Of a stretch of 28,114 nucleotides of DNA, positions 1 through 9,513 are shown in pieces; position 1 is the stretch's first letter; each line of letters starts with the position of its first letter. The notes below the pieces were generated by a model, which worked only from the letters and a program-made list of their open reading frames with translations, had not been told where the DNA came from and made no database searches. The translations under genes and the position numbers were made by a program. This DNA comes from an uncultured Phycisphaerales bacterium (GTDB lineage: Bacteria > Planctomycetota > Phycisphaerae > Phycisphaerales > SM1A02): contig CALKEP010000025.1 of assembly GCA_938084645.1 (NCBI GenBank), positions 1 through 28,114 on the forward strand, given 5' to 3'.

Positions 1-2
1 TC

Positions 3-1244
3 GTGAATCACGTCGACACCATCGCCGCCCCCGGATCGGGAACCTCCGCCAACGCGTCCGCCGCGACTCCGGAAGAGTGTGCCCAGCTCGTCGCCGATGT
101 CGAGGCGTATTGCCAGGAGATTCGTCCGCTGGAGGAGATCGCGTACCTCGAGCACGAGCCGAATCCCGCGATCGCGGAACTCGCGAAGAAGTACAACATG
201 CTCGGCATGTCGATGCCCAAGAAGTACGGCGGTCGGGCGGTCGACAGCCTCACCTACGCCCGGGCCCTCGTCCGGATCAACCGGGAAGGCACCGGGGTCC
301 GGACCTTCTTCTCCGGTCACACCTCGATCGGTCAGTACCCCATTCTCAAGTACGGCACCGAGGAGCAGAAGGACCGTTACCTTCCCGCGTCCTGTCGCGG
401 CGACTGCACGCTCGCGTTCGGTCTCACCGAGCCCGATGCCGGTTCGAACCCCCTCGAGGGCACCTGCACGTGGCGACGCGAGGGTGACAAGTTCATCCTC
501 AACGGTGTGAAGTACCTGATCTCGAACGGTTCGGTCGCCGATGCGGTCATCGTGTTCGCCTTCCCCGAGGGATCCACCGGGGCCGATCGACGGATGAGCG
601 CCTTCATCGTCGACACCGCGGGAGACACCTTCGAGGCCGAGGCGCTTCACGCGAAGCCGGGGATGTACACCTCGGACACCGCGATGTTCGAGATGACCGA
701 TCACCCGATCAGCGGTGACAACATGCTCGGCGAAGAAGGCAATGGATTCCGAATCGCGATGCACACCCTCGTCTCGGGACGGCTTTCGGTCGCCTCGGGC
801 TGTCTCGGCACGATCGAGGACTGCCTCGAGGAGTGCCTGCGATACGCGCGGGAGCGCGAGCAGCACGGCAAGCCGATCGGGAAGCACCAGCTCGTGCAGC
901 AGCACATCGCCCGCATCGAGATGATGCGTTCGACCTCGGACGCCCTCGTCGAACGAGCCGCGATCGCCAAGGACAAGTCCGATGCCGCCCCAGGCGACAA
1001 GGAGGAGCTCGCCCGCGCCGACTTCGCGATCGCCGAAGCGAAGTACTGGGCGAGCAACGCCGCCTGGGAGGCCGTGGATCGAGCCGTCCAGGTCTTCGGT
1101 GGCCGCGGCTGGAGCGAGCTGTACCGGCCTTTCCGGCACCTTCAGGACGTCCGCGTCTGCCGGATCTACGAAGGCACCGACGAGATCATGCAGCTCAAGA
1201 TCGCGAGCTCCCTGCTCGGCAAGGAATTCGCGGCGTTCGGCTGA
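3..1244 (+). CDS. Acyl-CoA dehydrogenase family protein (start at window edge, may be 5'-truncated)
   Basis: Family motifs: PKKYGG, FGLTEPDAGS, LNGVKYLISNG, REQHGKPIG, AVQVFGGRG and IYEGT with the catalytic Glu. Confidence 0.95.
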   Translation: MNHVDTIAAPGSGTSANASAATPEECAQLVADVEAYCQEIRPLEEIAYLEHEPNPAIAELAKKYNMLGMSMPKKYGGRAVDSLTYARALVRINREGTGVRTFFSGHTSIGQYPILKYGTEEQKDRYLPASCRGDCTLAFGLTEPDAGSNPLEGTCTWRREGDKFILNGVKYLISNGSVADAVIVFAFPEGSTGADRRMSAFIVDTAGDTFEAEALHAKPGMYTSDTAMFEMTDHPISGDNMLGEEGNGFRIAMHTLVSGRLSVASGCLGTIEDCLEECLRYAREREQHGKPIGKHQLVQQHIARIEMMRSTSDALVERAAIAKDKSDAAPGDKEELARADFAIAEAKYWASNAAWEAVDRAVQVFGGRGWSELYRPFRHLQDVRVCRIYEGTDEIMQLKIASSLLGKEFAAFG

Positions 1245-1272
1245 TCGGAAGCGGACGACGCCGACCATTCGA

Positions 1273-1311
1273 AAGAAAACGACCTCGCCGTCCGGCGGGG
1301 TCGTTTTTCTT
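1273..1311. terminator. Bidirectional intrinsic terminator between convergent genes
   Basis: AAAACGACCTCGCC-gtcc-GGCGGGGTCGTTTT hairpin (one G-U pair), with an A-tract on the left and a T-tract on the right, lying between two convergent stop codons (1244 and 1363). Confidence 0.85.
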
Positions 1312-1362
1312 GATCGTGTCCGGCGGTCGTCGCGAACGTCATGGGCCCGAAGTGGAACGGGG

Positions 1363-1839
1363 TCAGCCGGACGCGTCGTCCTCGGTTTCGATCGCGGTTC
1401 GCATCGCGTCGAAGCCCTGCTTGATCACCTGGTCCGCGGCGGATCGGATGATGGTCGTCCCGAGAGCGGCGACCAGGCCGGTCATCTTGATGATCTCCGC
1501 CTCCCATTCGAGCTTCGTGCTCTCGCCGTCCTCGTGGGGTGAGAGATCCATGGTCGACTTGACGCTGAATGCGGTTCCGATGCCCTTCGCATGCACGTCG
1601 ATGATCACGCGCTCGTGGGGGACCTGCTCGACGAGGGTGAAATCCTGCTTGAGGTTCGTCCGGATGAAGCTGAATCCGGGACGGACCGTGGTCTTCACGG
1701 TGTCGTCGCTCGTGCGTTCACTCTTGACGAGGCCGGGGACGATCTTGACGAGTTCCTCGAGATTCACGAGGAACTCGTGAACCGTGCGGGGCGACGCCTT
1801 GAGGATCTCGATGCCGTTGAATGGTTCGTGGTTGCTCAT
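1363..1839 (-). CDS. SRPBCC/CoxG-like ligand-binding protein
   Basis: 158 aa. The N-terminal ASPRTVHEFLVNLEELVKIVPG, the beta-strand run ending STKLEWEAEI and the long C-terminal helix GLVAALGTTIIRSAADQVI match the CoxG/START fold pattern. Confidence 0.8.
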   Translation of the reverse strand: MSNHEPFNGIEILKASPRTVHEFLVNLEELVKIVPGLVKSERTSDDTVKTTVRPGFSFIRTNLKQDFTLVEQVPHERVIIDVHAKGIGTAFSVKSTMDLSPHEDGESTKLEWEAEIIKMTGLVAALGTTIIRSAADQVIKQGFDAMRTAIETEDDASG

Positions 1840-1884
1840 GGGAGCGAGATCATACGCGAACGCACGTCGACGCCGTCGCGTCTC

Positions 1885-2496
1885 TCAATCCCCGTCGGCG
1901 GGGGTCGTCGGGCTCGAGGGGAGCGACGCTCGAGCGTCGAGTTTTCCGGCCATCTCCAGCAGTTCGAGGAGCCGCTTCGACGAGTACCCCTGATCCCAGA
2001 ACCAGCGGATCTCGCCGCGGTCGTCGAGGAGCAGGATCCTCCCGTTCCGGCCGTTTTCATTGCCCGTGAGGGCCTGGATCCGCTCCGCATCCTCGCCATA
2101 GAGGGTGACCACGGCCCCCCAGTCCTCCGAGGGGATTCCGGCCCGCATGCCGTCGTCGATGGTGCCGCGGAGGAAGGTGGAGGGGAACCAGCCGACGATC
2201 GCAGGAACTTCGACCACCCGGATCGTCGTCCCGGCCTGGCCGAAACCGAGCGTCCATCGGTCGAGATCGAACTGGGTCTGCTGCAGATAGCCGACCATCA
2301 GGATCGCCGGGGAGCCGGACACGGCCGCCGGAAGTTCGACGGTCTGGCCTTCGAGCGACTCGCCTCGGACGATTGGAAACGTCGAGCCGGTTGGATCCCG
2401 GTTCGGAATGGAGGTCGAGCAGCTGGTGAGCGAGGCGATCGTGCCGCCGACCACCACGGTGATGCCGAACAGGATGATTCTTCGTCGATTCGACAC
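1885..2496 (-). CDS. Putative lipoprotein with thioredoxin-like (ATP10-like) fold, no CxxC
   Basis: Real C-terminal part of the 804-aa track ORF. GTG start at 2496 has GGAG 8 nt upstream. Signal peptide with lipobox LTSC, then FPIVRGESLEGQTVELP and ILLLDDRGEIRW, typical of redoxin-like folds. Confidence 0.7.
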   Translation of the reverse strand: MSNRRRIILFGITVVVGGTIASLTSCSTSIPNRDPTGSTFPIVRGESLEGQTVELPAAVSGSPAILMVGYLQQTQFDLDRWTLGFGQAGTTIRVVEVPAIVGWFPSTFLRGTIDDGMRAGIPSEDWGAVVTLYGEDAERIQALTGNENGRNGRILLLDDRGEIRWFWDQGYSSKRLLELLEMAGKLDARASLPSSPTTPADGD

Positions 2497-2547
2497 GAGT
2501 GAGGCTCCATGCGCCGTCGGGGGATCGAAGTTCGACGCCGCTCGCCG

Positions 2548-2554
2548 TACGATA
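2548..2554. promoter_or_regulatory. Candidate overlapping divergent -10 elements
   Basis: TACGAT on + (2548-2553) overlaps TATCGT on - (2554-2549) in the short gap between the divergent genes at 2496 and 2605/2677. Confidence 0.3.
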
Positions 2555-2604
2555 CGCGAGCGACCTCGGCCCGGCCGAGAGCGTGATGGAGCCCAGCCCC
2601 GCCG

Positions 2605-4092
2605 ATGCGAACCGTGCCGCCCAAGTTCGTCCCCGATCCATCGCGATCCAGGTCGGTCCTCCTTCCGTCCCTGTCGATGTCCGTCGGCATCGCGGTCGTC
2701 ACGATCCTGGGCGGTTGCGACGACGCGGGGAGTCCGAGGGTGGTCCCGGCCGGGCTGGAACTTCCGACCCCGAGCGATCTCGATGATTACGACGCGGGAG
2801 TCCGCATCGAGATTCTGGCGGAACTGGAGCGGCTCGAAGAGGCGACTTCGGATCCCGTCGCCTGGTCGCGACTGGGGGATCTGTATCTCGCCCACGATCG
2901 GCCCGCCCTCGCGATCGAGTGCTACGACACGAGTCTGGAGTTGGCGCCCGACCGCGTCCGGCCCCGGTACCTCCGGGCGTGGGCACACCACGACCAGGGA
3001 GCCCTGGATGCGGCTCGGGCCGACATCGAGCGGGTGATCGAACTGGATCCGACGAGCACCCATCCGAAGTGGCGAGCCGCGGGCTGGCTCGTCGAGGCCG
3101 GGGAACTGGAGGCTGCATCGCGCCTTGCGGAAGCCTCGATCGTCCCCCCCGACGTGGATCTCAACGGGGTGCGAATGCTCGCATCGATCCGTCTCGATCA
3201 AGGTCGGCCCGAGGATTGCGTGGCGCTCCTCGAACCATTGGTGCGGAGCCGGCCGAAGGATCGGGGTTCCCACTACGTGCTTGGTCGCGCGAAGCAGATT
3301 CTCGGGCGGACCGAGGAGTCCGCGCGGCACCTTCGGCTCGCCGGGGACGCTCGATCGACCTTCGGGGATCCATGGCTGAACGAACTGTCGGCGCGACGAT
3401 CGGATCTCGCGGCCCGGCTCATCGACGTCCAGAGGCTGTCGAACGAGGACCGGCACGATGAGGCGATGGCCCTGATCGACTCGTTGACGGCGTTGTACGG
3501 GCCTCGTCGCGAGATCCGCTACGCGGCGATCGTCGTGCTCGCGAACCGAGGTGATCACGCCGGACTGCTGGAGATCGTCCCCGCCCTCGTCGCGGACGAG
3601 CCGGCCTGGTCGCTGCCGCGGTTCCGGGAGGCCCAGTCGTCGCTCGCGATCGCGCGAGCGACGACGCCCGCGGAGCCTGCGGGTGTCGCTCGTGCCGTCG
3701 CGGCGGCGACCGTCGGCATCGAACTCGCACCCGGGGCCGTGGAGGGATACGAACTGCTCGGCGACGCGTTGGGCGTGGGAGGCCGTTGGCTTGAAGCGGC
3801 CACCGCGTATCGCCGCTGCGTCGAGCTGGCTCCGTTCGTGGCGCGGCACCATATCCAGCTGGCCGACGCGCTCGTCCGGTCCGGTGATCCGATGGCCGGC
3901 GTCGAGGTCGTCGATGCGATGGATCGGGACTTCGGCCGTTCGGTCGATGCCGCGTTGGTCAGAGCACGGGCGTTCGCGGTCTTCGGTCGGTTGGAGGAGG
4001 CGAAGGCGATTCTCGAGCAGTGTCGACGCGCCCTTCCCGATCATCCGGGCATTGCGCGGACGGACGCCGCGATTCGGCAGGCGCGCCCATGA
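2605..4092 (+). CDS. Tetratricopeptide-repeat lipoprotein (true start may be ATG 2677)
   Basis: Lipobox LGGC and multiple TPR motifs (AWSRLGDLYLAH..ALAIECYDTSLELAP, SHYVLGRAKQILGR, AATAYRRCVELAP). Stop overlaps the next start (ATGA at 4089-4092). Confidence 0.88.
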   Translation: MRTVPPKFVPDPSRSRSVLLPSLSMSVGIAVVTILGGCDDAGSPRVVPAGLELPTPSDLDDYDAGVRIEILAELERLEEATSDPVAWSRLGDLYLAHDRPALAIECYDTSLELAPDRVRPRYLRAWAHHDQGALDAARADIERVIELDPTSTHPKWRAAGWLVEAGELEAASRLAEASIVPPDVDLNGVRMLASIRLDQGRPEDCVALLEPLVRSRPKDRGSHYVLGRAKQILGRTEESARHLRLAGDARSTFGDPWLNELSARRSDLAARLIDVQRLSNEDRHDEAMALIDSLTALYGPRREIRYAAIVVLANRGDHAGLLEIVPALVADEPAWSLPRFREAQSSLAIARATTPAEPAGVARAVAAATVGIELAPGAVEGYELLGDALGVGGRWLEAATAYRRCVELAPFVARHHIQLADALVRSGDPMAGVEVVDAMDRDFGRSVDAALVRARAFAVFGRLEEAKAILEQCRRALPDHPGIARTDAAIRQARP

Positions 4093-5828
4093 GGTCCGCG
4101 GTGAATCTCCAAGCCTGGTCGATGATCCTCGTGATCGCGTCCGGCGGCCTGTCCGGGTGCGGGGGATCGGAGCCGGCCTCTCCTTCGACGCCGGCGGAGG
4201 ACTCGTCGAGGGTCGACGGCGCGATTCCGGAAGCGGCCGCCCCCTGGTTCCGCGAATCGGCGTCCGAACGAGGGCTCGAATTCCAGATCGACGCGGCACT
4301 CGCGGCGACGCCGCGACTTCCGGAGATCGTTCCGGGCGGTGGTGCGGCGATCGACTTCGACGACGACGGTTGGTTGGATCTCTATCTGCTGCAGGCCACC
4401 GGCGCTGGTGGGAACCGGCTCTTCCGAAACCTCGGGGACGGGCGGTTCGAGGACGTGACGGCGGGAAGCGGGCTGGCGGATGTCGGATTCGCGATGGGCG
4501 TGACGACCGGCGACTACGACGCGGACGGGGACGTCGACCTCTTCGTGAGCAATTTCGGCGTGGATCGACTCTTTCGCAACGAGGGTGGGGGTCGTTTCCT
4601 CGATGTCACGGAGGTCGCGGGCGTCGGTCATCCCGGGTTCGGGGCGAGTGCGGCGTTCTTCGACGCCGATGCGGATGGTGATCCGGATCTCTACGTCACC
4701 AACTACGTGGACTGGTCCGAGGCGACCGAGCTCGACTGCCGGAACCGCACCGGTCGCCCCGACTACTGTCCGCCGGCGAGATACGACGCGCCCACCAGGG
4801 ACGTCCTGTATCGAAACGATGGCGACGGGACGTTCACCGACGTCTCCGAGGAAAGTGGGATCAACGCGGCGGTCGGCACGGGGCTCGGCGTGGTCGCGGT
4901 CGATTTCGATGGCGACGGGCTCCTGGACGTCTTCGTCGCCAACGACGGCATGCCGGACCACCTCTGGATCAATCAGGGCGGCCTGCGGTTCGAGGAGGAG
5001 GCGATGCAGCGGGGATGCGATCGGGATCTCAGCGGGGTGGCGAAGGCAGGCATGGGCGTGTCCTCCGAGGACGTCGACGACGATGGCGATCCGGATCTGA
5101 TCGTCTGCAATCTGGGGGGAGAGTCCGACTCGTTCTATCTCAATGACGGCGGGCGCTTCCTCGACGCGACCAATCGATCGGGGCTCGGCTCGGCGAGCCG
5201 GCATTTCACACGGTTCGGCCTGGGCTTCGTCGACTTCGACAACGACGGCACCCTCGACCTGTACGCGGCGAACGGTCGGGTCGGCGCGAGCGACGACACC
5301 GAGGCGGACGATCCGTACGCGGAGCCGGATCTGCTGCTTCGCGGGGCGGGAGGCCGATACACGCCGGTGCGTCCGGCGGGCGGGACGGTTCCGACGCCCG
5401 CCCGGACCAGTCGTGGCGCGATCTTCGGCGACTTCGACAACGACGGCGGCCAGGACGTGGTGGTACTCGATCTCGGGAGCCCGGCCCGGCTTCTTCGCAA
5501 CGTGGTGGAATCGCGTGGCGGATGGTTGACGGTCGATGTCCGCGATGAACGCGGCGCCCCCGCGATCGGTGCGGTGGTCCGAGCCCGGCTGGGTGATCGA
5601 CTCGTCACGCGGCGTGTGCGGACGGATTCGAGCTATCTCACCGCCCAGGATCCCCGGGTCCACTTCGGTCTCGGTGATCTCGAGTCGGTCGCGACGCTCG
5701 AGGTCGTCTGGCCCGACGGTTCCACGCGGACGATGAGCGACGTGGCGGGTGGCCGGATACTCAGGGTCGAGCCTCGCTCGATCGGTGAATCGGGCGGCGG
5801 TGGATCGAGCGAGGCCGAGGTCCGCTAG
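4089..5828 (+). CDS. CRTAC1/ASPIC-UnbV family FG-GAP repeat lipoprotein
   Basis: Lipobox LSGC, repeated [11 protein letters not shown] / [11 protein letters not shown] / [11 protein letters not shown] motifs, and a C-terminal UnbV-like region ([30 protein letters not shown]). Confidence 0.92.
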   Translation: MRSAVNLQAWSMILVIASGGLSGCGGSEPASPSTPAEDSSRVDGAIPEAAAPWFRESASERGLEFQIDAALAATPRLPEIVPGGGAAIDFDDDGWLDLYLLQATGAGGNRLFRNLGDGRFEDVTAGSGLADVGFAMGVTTGDYDADGDVDLFVSNFGVDRLFRNEGGGRFLDVTEVAGVGHPGFGASAAFFDADADGDPDLYVTNYVDWSEATELDCRNRTGRPDYCPPARYDAPTRDVLYRNDGDGTFTDVSEESGINAAVGTGLGVVAVDFDGDGLLDVFVANDGMPDHLWINQGGLRFEEEAMQRGCDRDLSGVAKAGMGVSSEDVDDDGDPDLIVCNLGGESDSFYLNDGGRFLDATNRSGLGSASRHFTRFGLGFVDFDNDGTLDLYAANGRVGASDDTEADDPYAEPDLLLRGAGGRYTPVRPAGGTVPTPARTSRGAIFGDFDNDGGQDVVVLDLGSPARLLRNVVESRGGWLTVDVRDERGAPAIGAVVRARLGDRLVTRRVRTDSSYLTAQDPRVHFGLGDLESVATLEVVWPDGSTRTMSDVAGGRILRVEPRSIGESGGGGSSEAEVR

Positions 5829-5838
5829 GCTGCCGTCC

Positions 5839-6402
5839 ATGTCCATTCCAAAGATCCATGCAACCACCATCCTCTGCGTTCGCGATGCGCAGGGAGTCGC
5901 GATCGCGGGTGACGGTCAGGTCACGCTGGGCGACGTGGTGGCGAAATCGTCCGCCTGCAAGATCCGTCGCATCCCCGAGGTGGGCGCGGAACGTCGCGGC
6001 GTGCTCGCCGGCTTCGCGGGTGGTGCCGCGGATGCCTTCGCGCTGCTCGAGCGGTTCGAAGCCAAGCTGAAGGGATCGCCGGTCAATCTGTTGAAGGCGG
6101 CCGCGGAACTCGCGCGAGACTGGCGGACCGATCGGGCCCTGCGACGGCTGGAGGCGATGATGATCGTGGCGGATCTCGAACGCACGCTCGTGGTCAGCGG
6201 TCAGGGGGATCTCATCGAGCCGGACGACGGCGTCGCGGCGATCGGATCCGGAGGCAATCATGCCCTGGCCGCGGCCCGGGCCCTCCGGCGCTGCACCGAC
6301 CTCGGGCCGGCCGAGGTCTGTCGGGCGTCGATGACCATCGCGGGCGAGCTTTGCATCTACACCAACACCGAGATCTCACTCGAGGAGATCGTCGTCGCCT
6401 GA
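5839..6402 (+). CDS. hslV: ATP-dependent protease peptidase subunit HslV (ClpQ)
   Basis: [55 protein letters not shown] and CIYTN motifs. Confidence 0.96.
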   Translation: MSIPKIHATTILCVRDAQGVAIAGDGQVTLGDVVAKSSACKIRRIPEVGAERRGVLAGFAGGAADAFALLERFEAKLKGSPVNLLKAAAELARDWRTDRALRRLEAMMIVADLERTLVVSGQGDLIEPDDGVAAIGSGGNHALAAARALRRCTDLGPAEVCRASMTIAGELCIYTNTEISLEEIVVA

Positions 6403-6669
6403 CGTCGTCTCGGAACGCGTGCCCGTCTGTCGATACGTCGCACGACGGGCGGCGTAGGACTCGGGCGAGATCGGCAGATCGATCGTCTCGCCCGCCTGCT
6501 TCATGGCGTGGAGCTTTCGAAGGAACGGCACGCACCACTGGCAACCGGTCCCCGCGCCGAGGCAGTCGGCCAGCCGACTCGCGACCGGCGGGTCCTCGCG
6601 GTTCAGGAACGTCCGCACCTTGCGAAGGCTGACGCGAAAGCAGAGGCAGACGTGGTCATCCGGATCCAT
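6376..6669 (-). CDS. BFD-like [2Fe-2S]-binding protein
   Basis: VCLCFRVS and AGTGCQWC give the CxC...CxxC bacterioferritin-associated ferredoxin pattern. GGAG lies upstream of the ATG. Confidence 0.85.
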   Translation of the reverse strand: MDPDDHVCLCFRVSLRKVRTFLNREDPPVASRLADCLGAGTGCQWCVPFLRKLHAMKQAGETIDLPISPESYAARRATYRQTGTRSETTSGDDDLLE

Positions 6670-6713
6670 GTTCGCTCCTCGGATGGCTGCGGTGGTCGGT
6701 GCGCATCATGGAA

Positions 6714-7517
6714 TCAGGGGCTCGGGTTCGAGGCGTCCTCGGTCGCTCCGGCGATGCCGATGCGCGGAGAGAGACCCTGGAAGTCGAACCGCCAGGTCAG
6801 TTCGGCCATCGCGCCGATGAAAGGCGGATTGTCGAAGGGACCGGGGCTGAAGCGATCGGCGTTGAAACGGAGTTCGGGAATGAAGACGCCACCAAGCAGC
6901 AAGGTGGGACTCGCATCATCGGCTCGCGGCCGATCCGCGCGTTCCACGGCTCGATTCGGTACCGCGATCTCGAAGGGACTTCCGACGGGTGCGTCCCGAT
7001 CGATGTCCCAGGGTTGGAACGTCACGAACTGATCGATGTTCGACCGCGGTCGGCGATCGGTGATCCGGACCGGCCAGTCGACGCGATCGCGGAAGGCGCG
7101 GTTCGACGACGCGATCCACTTGTTCAGCCACCGGACGTAGCGGATTCGTTCATCCTCGTCGGACGTCGCGGTGGGAACGGGGTTGGGGTTCTTCGCGACG
7201 GCCGCGGCGAACGCCTTTCGAATCTCGGCGACGAGGCCGGCGGGGCTGGCCTGCGGCGGCGGCACGGGCGCCGAAGTCGCGGCCGGCACGGCGGCGGCTC
7301 CGCCCGAGCTCGTCGCGGCGAGTGATTTCTCGAGGTCCGCGATCCTGGCGAGGGCGGCGGCGAGGGCGGTCTCGAGGTCGGTCACTCGGGCCTGAAGCCG
7401 TTCGTTCTCTCGAACGAGGTCCTCGTCCGTGGCTTGCGCAAAGGCCCGGGGAGCGTCTGCACCGGCGAGCAGGAGCCCGAGGCACAGCACGAAGAGCGGA
7501 CGAGTCGAAATGGGCAT
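6714..7517 (-). CDS. Secreted hypothetical protein with N-terminal coiled coil
   Basis: Signal peptide MPISTRPLFVLCLGLLLAG..AFA/Q, heptad segment LVRENERLQARVTDLETAL, an Ala/Pro linker and an unrecognised globular C-terminus. Confidence 0.7.
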   Translation of the reverse strand: MPISTRPLFVLCLGLLLAGADAPRAFAQATDEDLVRENERLQARVTDLETALAAALARIADLEKSLAATSSGGAAAVPAATSAPVPPPQASPAGLVAEIRKAFAAAVAKNPNPVPTATSDEDERIRYVRWLNKWIASSNRAFRDRVDWPVRITDRRPRSNIDQFVTFQPWDIDRDAPVGSPFEIAVPNRAVERADRPRADDASPTLLLGGVFIPELRFNADRFSPGPFDNPPFIGAMAELTWRFDFQGLSPRIGIAGATEDASNPSP

Positions 7518-7653
7518 GGAGGTTCTCCGGACGCGGAATCGCGATTTCAACGCTGCCCGTCCGATACGTACGATCGGGCCGCTGGTTTGGGAATCGACCG
7601 GATTCCCCTCCCAACTTCAGGGTCCGTCGATACTTGGCCTTCAAGGGTGGGCC

Positions 7654-7682
7654 TTCTGGAAGGGGGATGAGGGTGCTATCCT
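7654..7682 (+). promoter_or_regulatory. Candidate sigma70-type promoter for the MoxR-vWA operon
   Basis: TTCTGG-N17-TATCCT with an extended -10 TG at 7674-7675, about 50 nt upstream of ATG 7732. Confidence 0.35.
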
Positions 7683-7731
7683 TCATGCAGGCTGGAATTC
7701 ATCCGATCCGTCTCCGAGGTACCCATCGCCG

Positions 7732-9513
7732 ATGACCGAGATCCAGAGCCTTATCCGAAGCGCCACCCGCCGGCTGACCCTGGCTCGCTTTCTCGAGACG
7801 CTCGCCGGGGGGGCCGTGATCGGTCTCGCCGTGCTGATGCTGTGGGCGCTCGCGACGAAGGCCGTTCCAGCGCTGGCGTCGCCATGGTGGATCCCGGCGT
7901 CCGTGACGGCTGGCCTGGTCTTGCTGCTCGCACTCGCGCGGGCCCTCGGTCCCGGTCGGGATCCCGTGTCGGTCGCCATCGCGATCGACCAGCGGCTGGG
8001 CCTCGACGATCGACTGAGCACGGCCGTCCAGATTTCGGATCGGGACGATCCCTTCGCCGTCGCGGCGATCGCGGATGCCGCGGCCGCCGCGCAACGCCCC
8101 GACGTCCGGGGCCGGGTCGCACAGGCGTTCCGTCCGACGCCGCCGCGTGGCTGGTGGGTCTCGCCGATGCTTCTCCTCTTCGTGGTCGGGGTCTGGACGA
8201 TCGTGCCGCAGGGGGATCTCTTCGGAAGCGTGCCGACGCAAGACGACACCGTGCTCGCGGAGGCCAACCAGCAGGTGGAGTCCGAGGTCGAGGAATTGAT
8301 CGCGATCATCGACGAGAACGAGATGCTCGCGACGGAGATGGAAGGCACGCTGGAGGAAATGCTGGGTGGGCTGGAGGATGGCGACAAGCCCGAAGAGGCG
8401 CGGACTCCCGAAGAGGTGAAGCGGGAGGCCATCCGCCAGGTGACGGCGCTGCAGGATCGTCTGCAGGAGATCCTCGAGGGCGAGGATGCCCGGATGGACG
8501 CGACCCTTCGGGAGTCGCTTGCGGACCTGAAGAACGACGGTACCGGTGACGCTGATGCGGACGAACTCGCGGAGGCGCTCGCGAAGGGGGACTTCAAGCA
8601 GGCGAAGGAGGCGTTCGAGCGTCTCGCGGAGCGCATGGAGTCCGGCGACATGTCGCCCGAGGAGGCGGAAGCCCTGAAGGCCGCGCTGGAGGATCTCGCA
8701 CGGCAGCTGGAGGAAGCCGCCGACAAGCGGAAGGACCTCGAGGATGCGTTGAAGAACGCCGGGCTCGATCCCGATCTGGCGAAGAATCCCGAAGCGCTGG
8801 AGCAGGCGATCCAGAACGCATCGAATCTGAACGAGTCGCAGAAACAGGCGCTCCAGGAGGCCGCCAAGGCCCAGCAGCAGGCGTCCCAGGCGATGCAGCA
8901 GATGTCGCAGGCCATGCAGCAGATGGCGGAGGGCCAGTCGGAGGGGCAGCAGCAGGGCCAGGAGATGTTGAGCGAGATGGAACGCATGCAACAGATGCTC
9001 CAGCAGGCCCAGGCCGCGTCCGGACAGTGCCAGGGCGCCTGCGAGAAAATGGGGCAGGGGCTCTCCCAGTGGGCACAGAATCTCGCGCAGGGACAGGCCC
9101 AGAGCAGTTCGGAGGGTCAGGGCCAGGGCCGGGGCCAGGGTCAGGGGATGGGGGGCCGCGGTCAGGGCCAGGGTGGGCAGGCGCCGATCGCGCCAACGCC
9201 GACCGGAACCCAGATGCAGCGTGAAAAGGTCGAGAAGCGCGAGGGCGACATCATTGCGCGGGAGATGATCGAAGGCGAACCGGTGGTCGGCGAATCGAAG
9301 GCCCGGCTGCAGCGGATCTCCGATCGAATCGAACGCGGGTTCGAGGAAGGCCTTCGGGAGGATCCGATCCCGCCGCATCTTCGTGACGTCCATCAGCACT
9401 ACTTCGGCGAGCTGAAGAAGCGAATCGACGCCGTGCCGAAGGGCGCGCCGGAAGAGAAGGCTCCGGCATCGCCCGCCGAGCCCGCGAAGGAAACCAAGCC
9501 CGAGGGGTCGTGA
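7732..9513 (+). CDS. Membrane-anchored coiled-coil, Gln/Gly-rich protein (DUF4175-like partner of MoxR-vWA loci)
   Basis: Three N-terminal TM segments with the IDQRLGLDDRLSTA motif, long acidic helical region, Q/G low-complexity tract, and C-terminal IPPHLRDVHQHYF. ATG 7732 is preferred over the upstream track extension. Confidence 0.75.
   Translation: MTEIQSLIRSATRRLTLARFLETLAGGAVIGLAVLMLWALATKAVPALASPWWIPASVTAGLVLLLALARALGPGRDPVSVAIAIDQRLGLDDRLSTAVQISDRDDPFAVAAIADAAAAAQRPDVRGRVAQAFRPTPPRGWWVSPMLLLFVVGVWTIVPQGDLFGSVPTQDDTVLAEANQQVESEVEELIAIIDENEMLATEMEGTLEEMLGGLEDGDKPEEARTPEEVKREAIRQVTALQDRLQEILEGEDARMDATLRESLADLKNDGTGDADADELAEALAKGDFKQAKEAFERLAERMESGDMSPEEAEALKAALEDLARQLEEAADKRKDLEDALKNAGLDPDLAKNPEALEQAIQNASNLNESQKQALQEAAKAQQQASQAMQQMSQAMQQMAEGQSEGQQQGQEMLSEMERMQQMLQQAQAASGQCQGACEKMGQGLSQWAQNLAQGQAQSSSEGQGQGRGQGQGMGGRGQGQGGQAPIAPTPTGTQMQREKVEKREGDIIAREMIEGEPVVGESKARLQRISDRIERGFEEGLREDPIPPHLRDVHQHYFGELKKRIDAVPKGAPEEKAPASPAEPAKETKPEGS
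8884..8925 (+). repeat. 21-bp tandem coding repeat (SQAMQQM x2)
   Basis: tcccaggcgatgcagcagatg / tcgcaggccatgcagcagatg. Confidence 0.7.
9115..9180 (+). repeat. Low-complexity coding repeat (GQ)n
   Basis: Repeated ggccag/ggtcag hexamers encoding GQGQGRGQGQGMGGRGQGQGGQ. Confidence 0.7.

Noticed and set aside
1363..1839. Evidence for a CO dehydrogenase cluster (CoxG-like gene plus a MoxR ATPase)
   Set aside because: No coxLMS genes. The SRPBCC fold is widespread, and the MoxR sits with DUF58/BatA genes 14 kb away.
2497..4299. N-terminal 600 aa of the 804-aa minus-strand ORF
   Set aside because: Arg/Pro-rich antisense shadow of the TPR gene. A better start with SD and signal peptide exists at 2496.
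4350..5460. Recurrent gacttcgac..gacggc DNA repeats as a possible CRISPR-like array
   Set aside because: They are degenerate, irregularly spaced and in frame, encoding FG-GAP calcium-binding motifs.
4041..5870. 609-aa minus-strand ORF
   Set aside because: Antisense shadow of the FG-GAP gene with no motifs. Long stop-free antisense frames are expected at this GC content.
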